Origin: Azolla caroliniana
Taxonomy: Eukaryota; Plantae; Polypodiophyta
Direction: 5' to 3'
Assembly (NCBI GenBank): GCA_043228905.1
Contig: JBHGNT010000003.1
Span: 4,898,001-4,962,000 of the forward strand
Length of the DNA stretch: 64,000 nt
This document shows, in pieces, positions 51,962 through 64,000 of the stretch; position 1 is the first letter of the stretch; each line of letters starts with the position of its first letter. The notes below the pieces were generated by a model. The model worked only from the letters and a program-made list of their open reading frames with translations, ran no database searches and was not told the origin of the DNA. The translations under genes and the position numbers were made by a program.

Positions 51962-53596
51962 ATCTACTAACTCAAAAATTAGAATACAAGTTCAAAGCTT
52001 CTGAAAAGCTATTTCTACTAGTATTTCAGCTTTCGAAAGTTGAACACCTTTGAATAAACTTGCCAATTCTAACCAAACAAAAGCAATGTTTTCTGAAACA
52101 TCAGCATACATTGTGCTTTCCATACAGATCATGTAGGTATTGGAGGCAATCTATCCCATAACTACTCTACTTTAATTGCAAAGAAACATTCAAGCCAACA
52201 TTATAAGATACAACAAGAATACTCACATCCAAATTGTTAATTTAGAAAGAATGATTGGAATCCATCTCATACGATTATGAAATGAACTCGAGAGTCCAAA
52301 CAACCAAAAAAAAATTCAAAAGCCAATTCCAAAACTTTATAACAAATCTACAGCCCCAAAAAACAATGATGAATTGGTTCTTGTTATTGACAAACTAGAC
52401 AACCTATTCGCACATGGGTATTCACATACGAATTGGAACTATACGCCAAACCAACAACCTTTGGAAAGCTGCAATTCTTTGAGCAATTGGCCTAGTTCCA
52501 ATCTCACCTCAAAATTTCCTTGAAAAATGGTTAGAAACGCTTTACTACTCCAATAAACCTCTGAAGCAAGATAACGTACAATTCTTATTGAGAAAAATAT
52601 GTCAACCTAACTTTACCAAGCATTGAGAAAAGTTAACCAAAAATAAATCCTACCAAACAAAAACTCCACAATCCCAAAGTAATCACACCAATGGATGCAT
52701 ATCCAGCACTCATAAAATCCATCCAATTTTACATCGACATATTCTGCTCAATTAACTTATCATCAGGTTGTCTAGCCATAATATTTAGTCTATGAACATC
52801 AATTGATCAATAAGACCTCCATATATGCAATGTTAGGCACCAATATTCCATCATCCAAAACTTCAAAAAACCAAAACTCATTATTCCTTCCCATCATACT
52901 CACAACCAACATTCATGTAAACGAAAAAATAACCCACATAGACAAAGCTCCCAACATAAAAGTTGTGAGTATTCTAAAAATAATCGGCCACCACACAACA
53001 ATTATGGAGTTAAACATCCACTGTTACAATAAGATGAACATCCATTTCAGCAAATTGTTATGCCCTTGGTCCGTTTTATTTCTTACAAATATTATGCAAA
53101 CTTGAGACACCCTCTCTACAAGTGAACCTACTACCATAAACATAGCTTCAAACTTTTACATCAAACGTATGTAAAAGTACATATTATTCGGATTTATTAA
53201 AGACGGGGTGCAGTTGAAACTCAAAAGAGAAAACCTTTATGCCAACAATATTCTATGAAGGCTGTCATAAACCATCAAAATGACGTATAAACATTTTTAA
53301 GTGTATGATCATTAAAGAGAAACTTCATTATCCTACACTAATATTTTCTCGTAGCTAACCATGTGGCCAAAATGGCATGTGTATTATTCCTTAAACCTTT
53401 GGTGTACTAGTACTATAATGGCCTAATGCAGACAATAGTTGCTCCAAGAGGTTTTAGTTTGGCCATGAATGGGAACCTAGGTTAATTCGTATCATTGTTT
53501 ATCATTGTCTTAACTTATTCTCATAATCTTAATGAAATATGTTGAATAAATTAGTGTCAGATTTAAAAGCAATATTCTTATTATATGTATGTATAG

Positions 53597-56500
53597 ATGT
53601 AGTATATTTCCTCATAAGTAAAACAATATTTAATAGAAGAATTAAAAAGTATATATATGTAATCAATTTGAGCACAAGGATTCTATTAGGCTAATTCCTA
53701 CATCTTATCAAACTCTTAAATCTCATCCCTAATGTCATACATTACATCCCTAATAAGTTTTTATATCATTTATATGGGTTCTTCCTTCTCACCTTGTAGA
53801 ATGCATTGAATTAGATTCTCTAGGCGTAACCTAGATTTTCAAATAGTAAAAAACAGGAATGAACATATCAAGAAGAGGAAGAACTGTAAACGACATAGCT
53901 ACTTCAACAAACCCTTAGCGGATGTGGGCTTGTGAACTTCCTCATGAGCTTCAACTACATCAAGGGAATGAGACAAGCATAAATGTTGTTTCTTCAACTA
54001 AGAGATCTATGGAAATTAGTAGTGTGTGTGTGACTCCATTGAAATAGTGGTCATGCAATGGTCAAGTCGATGAATGAGAGTAATGGCATTCAAGACTCCA
54101 TAATCATAACCCAAAACTCAATATTTATGAATTCAAAGTGTTGGGCAGCACACAATTTCGAAGTTTTATTAAATGGCATACTCTTGATAATCTATTAGCT
54201 AAAAGAACAACTAAAACAATTGTTACAACATACTAGCTTAGCTATATATCAGTGTTTCTTGTGACTCGGTCTCTTGGCATTTCTACATGACATTTACTCT
54301 TGTAGGGAGACTCGTCTAAATTGACTGATACCGAATCAAAACAACCCCAACTATCTCTAATAATGTAAGTCCATTGGCAACAAGGATTGCCAAAGTGCCT
54401 CCGAAAGGAAGTAAAGGAAGAGCATGTCTTAACATAAGTGGTACTAAAACTATCCCTCTTTATGGCATGATTTACAGACCTTTTCAACTCAACAAGGTAC
54501 ACCATTCCTATGTCTCTATTTCATCCATGTCTGTTGAATGGTGAATCTGGATCCATGTCTTCTTATTCTTTAGATGAATGTGGTGTTGCCTAATGAGTTT
54601 GCTAGTCTCTGAGTGTGAGAAATGATGCATTCCCAACAGGATAATGAGCATAGAAAATATAGAGAACCACGTCCACTCTCTTTTAACTGGTTTCCACCAA
54701 TTGATAGATCATGACTCAAAACTGGGCACAGAAACAGAATTTTCTCTCAAAAGAAATGTGAGAAATTAGTAGTTCTTACTGATTTTCCATTGAGCTTTCT
54801 GTTAATTTTCCATTGAGCTTTCTGATCTTACACCCAAAGTACAGTAATTTACAAGTCAAACAGGATGCAAATGCTCAGTATGATAATTAATTTTCTGACC
54901 TCAAGAACTGGCTTGTACTTACAGTTGACAGAATAAATGCAAGGAGTGAGAAGACAATGAATACTGGAGAGATGCTTAGGATAGCAATTCTTAGGTGACG
55001 GTGAAGAAAAGACAATGAATACATTTGGGATCAATTTATCTGGTTGCATACCTACACCCAACTGTAGGGAGAGGGAGACCCATCTAAATTGACTGATTTC
55101 CAATAAAAAAGACCCCAAATATCTATGATATCTGTGAAACCACTAAATTATACATTAATTAACTCTTTGGACATTAAAAATTTGCCCATTAAAGAATATG
55201 AATCAAAACTCCTGGGAATAGAAGAATAGAACAGAGATGGAAACTGTAGGAATCCAATGAATCAAAGCCTACATTCAACAATACGTATAAAATTTGCATC
55301 TCTTCTATAAATCACCATATGCATCCTTAGTTTCCTCACAACAGAGATACCTTCCATATACATGGTTCACCCTACTTGTAGTACCTGCCAGTCCTGTCAC
55401 ACGTCCGTTTCTTCCCAAGTTAATTGAGCCTCTAAGTATACACCATCGAAAGAGTTATATATGCTGATTCATGTGGAGTAATACATCAGATTGTCTACAA
55501 TTTCTGAGTCATAGTATTTAGAGGTTCATACAAAATTTGAGGGTACAAATCGAGAAATCAGAGTTTCAGAGCATCATGTTGATTAGAAACATATTTCTGA
55601 CAATAGAAGTTTGACATTGGGAGCATAATGTTGATTAGAAGCTTATTTCTGATAATAGACGTGATCATGTCAAATGGAGAGGAACATATCGTTTTGGCAA
55701 TGTGACTGCTAAACAATAGATACTTTCCAAGAAGGCAGAAGAGATGGGAAGACCTGTCATATTTCTAAACTGACAGGAGTATGCAAGATGCTAAATTACA
55801 TCTCGCTATGGGGCTTTAAATCGATGACATTTTCTCATTGGCTTGACAGGCTTACTTTCTAATTTTTCTCGTAAACATTTGCAACTAAGAATAATTGTCC
55901 CGTTTTGTAACTGATATTAATCAACCTTATTCATATATTCGAATTAAGTTTGCAATGAGATTTTCTGAGTAAATGCATATGTTGCACAGGGTGTACATCT
56001 TTCTCTCAATTGAAGTTTTATCTCTTGATCATTCAATGGAATTATATCTCCTCCCTTCAGTAACTATCTTAACAAAGAAATTAGCAGCTTAATTCTTGTG
56101 CTTCATCAATGTTGTTGATAATCAGCCTCTGATTATATGAAAATGCATGCACTTTCCACAGTGAAATAGACTTTATAAATTCCAGTCATAATATACTCAA
56201 CGTTCACATTTCTTGTTTCTTGATTTCAACATGATATGGGGTAACATGTGCTTGTCATTATTGGCAGAAATCATGATCAGATGAAACAGGTTGAGAGTGA
56301 CTCGAGATTCGAACTTGTAATTTGTTGAATCTCTAGAGTAGGTGGTATACATAATTTCAGAAACTCAGATTTTCACAATGCTGAAGCTGAGAAACGTGAT
56401 CATCATTCAATGGGTTAGCAAGAAAATTCATCAAAATTTCGTCAGAATCCTACCTGTTGGTTCCAAATGATTTAACAAACTTAAAAAGTCCAAACCATAT

Positions 56501-58560
56501 CCAAGCAACCTGGGCATGTCTTTGGGAAAAATTTCATTCAAGGAAAGTTTCAACTAAGAGTTTAACAAAAATAATTTTGCCTTTAAATTTGTTGGCTGAA
56601 TTATCTGTCCAAGTTATCATGTCCAGTCAAGGACATCTTGGTTAACATATTTCAAAAAGCGTTCCAAAACATTACAATAGGGTTCTCTTATGACATCCGA
56701 TCTCAACTTATTGGTGCAGATCTCTTTACGAGTCTCTTATTCCATGCAATACCTTTAAGATCTATGCTGGAACTCCAATCTGACAACTACCAAAATTATA
56801 TGAAGAGAGAAAGAAAGATACAAGTCCAATCTGAAAGCGAAAATGATATTTAAATCCATGCAATACATATTGAAGATCTATGATACCAAATGTTGTTACA
56901 CTAAATTAATAAAATCAAACTTCAGGCGGTGCACTTAGTGGGAGAGAAACCTTTTATTATAACTACGTATGGCCTAACCAAATAAGAGAAGGGATGAGAT
57001 AGTTATTACCTTGGAGGATTTTTTTTTAAAATCTTTGGAGTGTAAACCCCTAATGTCACACAAGTGATAGAGGGTAAAAAGAGCCAACACTTGGTGATGA
57101 CATGTAAAATCAATCAAATCCCTCATCTTTCCTCGCATTCATTTATCTGTATTTTGACATCCATAACTATTATAGTTAAAACTTAAAATCAATGGAATTT
57201 CTTCTTTTCTCATTCATATTGAACATATTTGTCATTGCGGCATGAAAATATGTGGTTTCAATCTATTAGAAATAAGACGTTATTATAAATAAAATATATA
57301 TTATAAATAAAGAAATAAGAATAACTAATGTAACCACCTATTAACGTAACTTTTGTTCACACAACATTTAGTTACAAAGTTATATTCATGTGAGTTTTGA
57401 TCACAATGAACATTCCTATTACAAACTTCCGAATGATCATGTTGGAGTTGGATATATAGGCTACGTTATTTTAAGAGGTCTATGGGTAAATTCACTAATG
57501 GAAAGACAAAAATGCCCCTTACCTCATACATTCATTCGTCATTAACTTATATTTGTGTGTCGGTAATGGGAATTATACAATGATATATGTTAATGTTGGG
57601 CATAGTTTTATAACCTTACTTTCTATGTTTCTGAATCTTCTCCTAACCTACGGAACCCTTTTTCCTATAATTGGCCCACGAGGTGACCTACATCTTATCT
57701 GAATTTCCTTCGTGACCAACCAAAAATCACGAGAGTAAATTGAAAAGACGAATAATATGCTGAGACTTTCGGGAGACAATGAAGATGCTAAAAGGAAATG
57801 CAAATGGCATGTGCATCGATCAATGAAATTCCTCTTTTTCTCACTCATATGGAATATGTTTTTGTGATTTGAATATTGAACCATTCAAATATAGTTTGAA
57901 GTGCATTTCATCAAACACTCTAATGAAGCAATCAACTTTAGGCTTTAGCTATGGAACATTCTAATGAAGAGATCAACTTTAACTATCCTTCTATCCACCT
58001 CAATGCATCAAAAAGTCAACTTTTTGGATGGCTCGAAAAGTGGATATTAATTTGCATTAACTTTTCTCAAATCAACCAAGTTGATGACAAACTCAACTAA
58101 GTGGTGCCTAAAGAGCGAAGGGAAGGATATGGTATGAAACAAAACATATCCCTACGACATATGATACGGCATCACCATTACTCACACGAATGTAGATGGA
58201 TATATATACAATGGAGAAACTTTAATTAACCCCCATCCCAAAATCTACATATACAAGACATGGAGCACTTAGAAACGTCAACCAACATAATGCGAGACGA
58301 TCACAAATCTTCCTCTTATAATATCTACTACTTATTTATTTTTTTTGTAAAAAATAAAAAATCTACTACACAGATATAATCAAGTCCTAGATGAGGGAGG
58401 GCAAGGAAAAGATAAAAAGAGAAAGAGAGGGAAAAAGAAACCTTAGTCCACGCAGTTTTCTGAGAGGGAGACAGACAGACAGACAGACAGTTAGTTAGCC
58501 ACATTCGTCCTCGTTTTGTTAGTTCCGTCCATTCTCTTCTCTTCTTGTTCATCGTCTCCC
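53597..58560 (+). repeat. Segmentally duplicated upstream region of the Roco genes (paralogues at 23869-28594 and, with deletions, 4651-6684)
   Basis: Long colinear identity; e.g. identical spurious ORFs at 24725-24994 and 54849-55118. Confidence 0.9.
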
Positions 58561-61500
58561 ATGGAGAAGGAGCACCTCCCACCCCCTCACAAACTCATCT
58601 GGACGGAGTGGAATTCTGATGAGATCAGAGAAGCGGTGGAGAAATCGAGAGCAGCTCTTCTCAACCTCTCATCCTCAACCCCTCCTCATCTGCTCATTAA
58701 GCTCGCCGATACCACTAAACTTAAAAGGGGAAAAAAGAATGGGATAGGCTATGATTCATATGGTGAAGATGCGGTAGTAGAACGTGGAGCTTGGGAAGTA
58801 TGCGGGAGGTGCAGAGACACGAGGTTGGATGTGGGAGATGCTCAGCTCACTACTACAGTTACGGACTATTTCTCACTGCTACAGATGGCCATCCTCACGG
58901 CTGCCGCCAATCTCACCGGACGAGCTGTCCATCTCCTGCTAGACCCATGTAATCTCACGATAGAGGAGGAGAGGGGTTGGGTGGAGGCTCTCTCTCTCGC
59001 TGCAGATCGTCATGCGGGCCCCACCACCCTCCTCATCCAAGCATCTAAATTCAGGGATGCTCCTGGTCTTCTGAGTGCCCTCAAGAAAAACAAACGCCTC
59101 AAACATCTCTCCCTTCAGTTTATGAAGATGAGCGATGAGTGCGTGGAAGTGTTAGGCGACCTCACCTCCCTCAATCTTTACCAGGTGAAAGTATCCGAAG
59201 AGTTTGTGGTGAAATTGGCGGAGCTTCATCCCTCGCATTCACTCCTCGCAGCCTCTCTCCACAGACTGCACATACGTCGCTTACCCATTGATTTGAGAAG
59301 GAGCACTGGTTTCCTGCGCCACTGGCCGCAGCTCAAAGAGCTCTCTCTAGACGGTACTAGCAAATATATGACAGAGGAGGAGCTAATGGATTTCATGGAT
59401 CAACTGGCACCGCCAAAGAAGGGGACGGAGACAGCTGGAAGCAGCCCTTCATCTCCTCCTCAATTATACAGCCTTCGATTAGGTTACATTAAAGTCAAGG
59501 AATTAAGCCGATCTGCTACTGCTGCGGTGGTGGATGCACTTTCTCGTTCCGGCCTTCTGTTCTTAAATATTGTACGCCCTGGGTGGGACCCTGCCATCCA
59601 GGCGCAGCTGTGGAGGAACCAGCGCAATTACAAGTTGGGATCAGATTTGAAGCGAGTGCCTGCGACGTCCATCCGATTGTTCATCTGTGGAGATCCATTC
59701 GCAGGTGCAAACATGAATGACAACACTCTCTCAAATACGGAAATTCAAAACAAAATAGATTGATGAGGATAAACACTAACTAACACTTACACTGCAATTT
59801 GTTTGGAGCAGGAAAGACTACCCTTTTATCGTCCATGCGTTCCATCTATGGGCGAAAGAGGGATCGGGCAAGAGCCCTGATTACAGGAGGTCGAACACAA
59901 GGAATCGAGGTGCAAGCCATCAAAAAAGATGGAATTAGAGTGACATTGTGGGACATGGCAGGCCAACAAGAGTTCCATGCATTCCACGATTGCATGTTCC
60001 CGGACATAGGAACTAGCTCTTATCAGTTCCCATCCATGTTCATGTTCGTTTGGAGCCCCATGGAGAGCACAAATCACAAGAAAGGATCAAAGAAGAAAAA
60101 TGGGGACTTTGAAGCAAGCTTCAGGTACTGGCTCAAGTTCCTCGCTTCCAAAAGCCGTCAATCCATCATTCCTCTCAAAGTGATCTTGGTATTCACTCGA
60201 GCAGACCAAATGGAGGACATCTCGAGCTCTGTCTCAGATTTGATCGATTCACTTCGATCAGAATTCCAATCACTGATTCACATTGTAGATTCTCCTTTCA
60301 ATGTGTGCGCAAGAAAGAAGGCCTCTGTCAAACCTGTAGCAGAGTGTATTTTCAACATTGCCAAAGATGTGCTCCACGGTATTGAGCTCTACGACATCTG
60401 CACGCAGGTAAGCAAAAATCTCTTGAATTATTCCAAGAGCACAAATGAACGAATCATTACATGGGAGCAATTCAGCAAAATCTGCAATAACGATGACAAA
60501 GCTAAATTAAATGCAATCGCCATGTCCTTGAATGAGTCCGGTAACATAATCTACGTAAGCGGATTCAAACACATCATTCTTGATCCCAACTGGTTCTGTA
60601 ATCAAATTGTGGGCAGCCTCATTGGATTCCCGACCTCGAAAGGATCATCTAAGGATACCATTATATTTAACAAAGGATGCATCCCTCGGAAATTTCTAGA
60701 GCAAATGTTTAAATCTATTACTAAATCTGAAGTATGTGGCTCATTACTGGTAGAATTGATGGGAGCTATGCACCTATGTTGCGAAGTCCCCAGTAGCAGT
60801 GGAAAGCAAATCTTTATTCCTGCCATGTTGTCCAAGGATGAGCCTGGGGAACAACTGCAATGGACTTCATCGACGTCAAATAGTCACAACAATTTACAAG
60901 ATGAAAAGGATCGTTTTGTGTACATGGGTAGAAGGTTAGAGTGTGAGAACAAAGACCTCACATTTCTTACGCCAGGATTGTTTCCGAGGATTCAGATGCT
61001 TTTGAATAATGCATTCAAATCAGAGGATGATAATGCTGACATCACACTTGGCAATGATTTCATATCCATACGTTTTCCAAAGAGCGAGATCATTGTCATG
61101 TTTTGCCAAGCAAAATCAAACTATGCCATAGATGTGTTGGTTCGGGCTCAAAATATTAGCACTGAAAAAGACACACTAAGTATCTTAGCTTTTGTGCAAA
61201 AACTCATCGTCAACAACTTGATTAAAATATGTGCGCAACCCACAGGAGTCCAAGGCGTTAGGTTGATTGAGAGCATCATCCGCCCCGACTGTTGTTGTGA
61301 TCTATCAAAGGCAAAAGATAGAGAAGATCAATGCATGAATATAACTTACTTGAAGGAACAACTAAGAAAAAAACTTGAGCAAAACGAACAAGAATCCTAT
61401 GATTGGAAACATACTAAGTTCCTTGGTTGTCTATCAAATAATTTCATTGATCTCCTTGGTTCCGAGAATTATGAGGAAGTTCTTGTGTCATATAAAGCAT

Positions 61501-62471
61501 GGCTTCAGGAAGTGGAAGAAGCCTTATCAAGTAAGAATAATGATGTCAATATTTCTAGAGAACAACAAAATCAACAAAATGTGATCGTGACTAGCCTCAA
61601 AAATAGCCTAGTGCAAGAGGATCCAATATCAGAAGATCAACCAATTGAGGTACATTGTTGCAAGCACATGGCAAAGGAAATCAAAAGTTTACACCCTAAG
61701 TTAGATGTCATCCTTCATACGGTGGATGACACTCAAAAAGAGGTTCTAAAGCTACATGATAAGCTGGATCAAGTGACCAAGAAGCTAGGCGAAATGCATA
61801 AAGAACTTCAATTTATAAGGAATGAGGTTATGAACAAGGTTGAGAAGGTACTGAAAATGGTATTAGAGAATGAAGCTGAGAATCAACTCCCTTGTGTTGC
61901 TCTCCTTACAACAAAATTTCCTGAGTCAACGTTTGAGACACTTTTGAGATGGGTGCCTCGAAATCTTGGAGGAGAAATTTTAAGAATCCAGTTATATTGT
62001 GAGGATAAAAATTTGCCACACCCAGTGGAAAACCAACTTGGTATCACCCTCACTTCTTTGTCAGAGTCTCATTCAAAGTATCTAGACAACGCTCTTCCAT
62101 ATATCAATGGTCTCTTTAATGTTTTGACTATAGTTGCTAGGCTCGGGATTTCCTCTGTGGCACCCCTTGCAAGCTCTTTAATACCTGATTGGACACCCCA
62201 CCTTAAACTAGCAAAACAATACCCAATGATAGAAAGTACTTTGAAATCAAAAAAAGATACATATAGTCTAAGTACACTAGACTCTTCTTCCAAAGAGTGG
62301 CAAAAGTGCTTGGCATCCATATTGATGGAAAAGGGAGGTTTGACAGACCAAAACATAGCTAAGAAGTTTTGCCTCCAACGTGCCATCTATTATGAAGCTG
62401 AAGGGAGGACTCGAGTTGCATGGTTATGCAAGACACACTACAGAGGACAACAACCTTTTTCGTTAGGTTGA
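58561..62471 (+). CDS. TORNADO1-like Roco protein (LRR-Roc-COR), 1267 aa, two exons
   Basis: Exons 58561-59704 and 59812-62471; same intron position in GDPFAG|KTT; RTQGIEV, LWDMAGQQEFHAFHD, LVFTRAD, ILDPNWFC, FLTPGLFPRIQ; no internal stops after splicing. Confidence 0.9.
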
Positions 62472-62704
62472 ATTACATCGTGTTGTGTGGATTTGAATCG
62501 ACAAAATTCTCTCATTGGTTTGGACTTAGGTATACTTTTATTGTAAACTTGCATCTGTTCCTTCAGGAAACCTAGATGGGCTTTTATAACTTAAAAATAA
62601 TTGTCCCAATTTAGGACTCATGTTGTCACGGACATCTGTTCCTTCATGAAACCTAGATGGGCTTTTATAACTTAAAAATAATTGTCCTAATTTAGGACTA
62701 ATGT

Positions 62705-63204
62705 TGTCACGGACATGACAATAGTAATGTCAAGATTTGAACTCTTGACCACTTGTGTTAAAATCAAGGGTTATGTTCTAACCTAGAGATCCAAATACAT
62801 GTTGATATTATATATATGTCAATAGATTATTAGTAGATTGTCTATTTCAAGTTCTAGGAGTTTTTAGAAAGTTCTAGAACGAGAAGGTTATAGAGGAATT
62901 AAGAATATTCTCATGCATGTGCTTTGACTCACAATATAAAACTTGTAACCTCCGAGGTCCCTTTCAAGGGATTCAACACCAGTCATTGACACATCAATAT
63001 AGTATTATCGTTTCGCCTCATCTTGTCTCCTTGATCTTCATCTTTGTCTTCACGCTCTCCATAGCTTCCTAAGTTTATAGTCTCATCTTGCACAACTTCT
63101 AGAGTTCCTAGCCTTGTCACTTCCTATTCCACATTCTTAGCTTTATCAATCATAGCCTTGTCATTTATGCTCCATCATGGTCAGCGGTTGGTGTGTCCAT
63201 GACA
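62705..63204 (+). mobile_element. Solo LTR, duplicate of 7939-8438
   Basis: Same termini and flanks as 7939-8438. Confidence 0.7.
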
Positions 63205-63555
63205 CATGTCTAGCTTATTAGTGAATTTTTACGAAGTGTATAATGTCTTTTTTTCTAATCAATGTGTCTCTTCTAGGTATGTTACATTGAATGCATTTCT
63301 TTTTAACATAATGAAACCTTTCAAGATGGGTTTAAAGTAATAAAATTATGTAGTTGACTTAATAAACAAAACTAGTCCTCTCCCTCTTAAAAAATCACCT
63401 ATCCTAGCAAAGAAATTATTTGATGCAATAATGTGGCTTAATTAATCTTCTAAATGATCTAAACAACATATGAAGGTACAAAAAATGAGCAAAACATTCT
63501 TCTACTAATTAGGTACCACAATCTTAACCTTACGACAAAGTAGTTAACACCAATC

Positions 63556-63586
<31 letters not shown>

Positions 63587-63651
63587 TGTTGTGGAATAGA
63601 TTAGATACTTGATCATCCATATTGATAAGGCTAATATTGACCTATGCGACT

Positions 63652-63706
63652 TGTAAAGAATCGGGCATGATTCTTGTGCAGCAGAATAGGTTAGAGATGT
63701 GTGTTA

Positions 63707-63751
<45 letters not shown>

Positions 63752-64000
63752 TAGAGGAGAGAAAACAAAAGATAGATTAGAGAGACAATAGAATACTCAA
63801 GAAGATGTATATTACAAAGGAGATTAATCGACCTAAATTACAAAGTAGGAGGAGAGTGCTTTATATAGTCACTCTCTCTATTCATTAACTACCGAAGCTC
63901 ATGGGTCATGGGGAATATGAAAACTCATTAGTTATGTGTCATAGAATATGATTCTATGACACATAGTTAATGTGTACATAAGAGTGGTGACTTTTGACCT
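63652..64000 (-). mobile_element. Copia 3' LTR (cut by window end), same insertion as 8880
   Basis: Identical junction CCTATGCGACT|TGTAAAGAATC and LTR sequence; shorter microsatellite. Confidence 0.85.

Noticed and set aside
52200-53110. Possible decayed LINE relic on the minus strand
   Set aside because: Strand bias and faint similarity only; no motif I can confirm without a translated search.

Overview
AT-rich, intron-containing eukaryotic DNA, most likely from a non-seed land plant (inferred from TORNADO1-like genes and the plant-type transposons). The window is a tandem/segmentally duplicated cluster of TORNADO1-like Roco (LRR-Roc-COR) genes: two intact two-exon genes (28595-32852, 58561-62471), three pseudogenes/fragments and one relic. 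These are interleaved with transposons: two copies of a decayed Sola2-like DNA transposon, a truncated Ty1/copia element, solo LTRs, a hAT-type MITE and a TRIM-like mini LTR element. The most striking object is an 8,962-bp DNA transposon (12230-21191) with 36-bp TIRs and a TTTA target duplication, nested in the second Sola2-like copy. It encodes an intact 926-aa DDE-type transposase and, head-to-head with it, a six-exon gene for a ParB/Srx-like domain fused to a prokaryote-type beta-class N4C/N6A DNA methyltransferase; this copy carries lesions in the methyltransferase. The first intron of that gene holds four evenly spaced 25-bp palindromes that resemble a parS/operator array. All family calls come from reading motifs by eye; no database searches were run.
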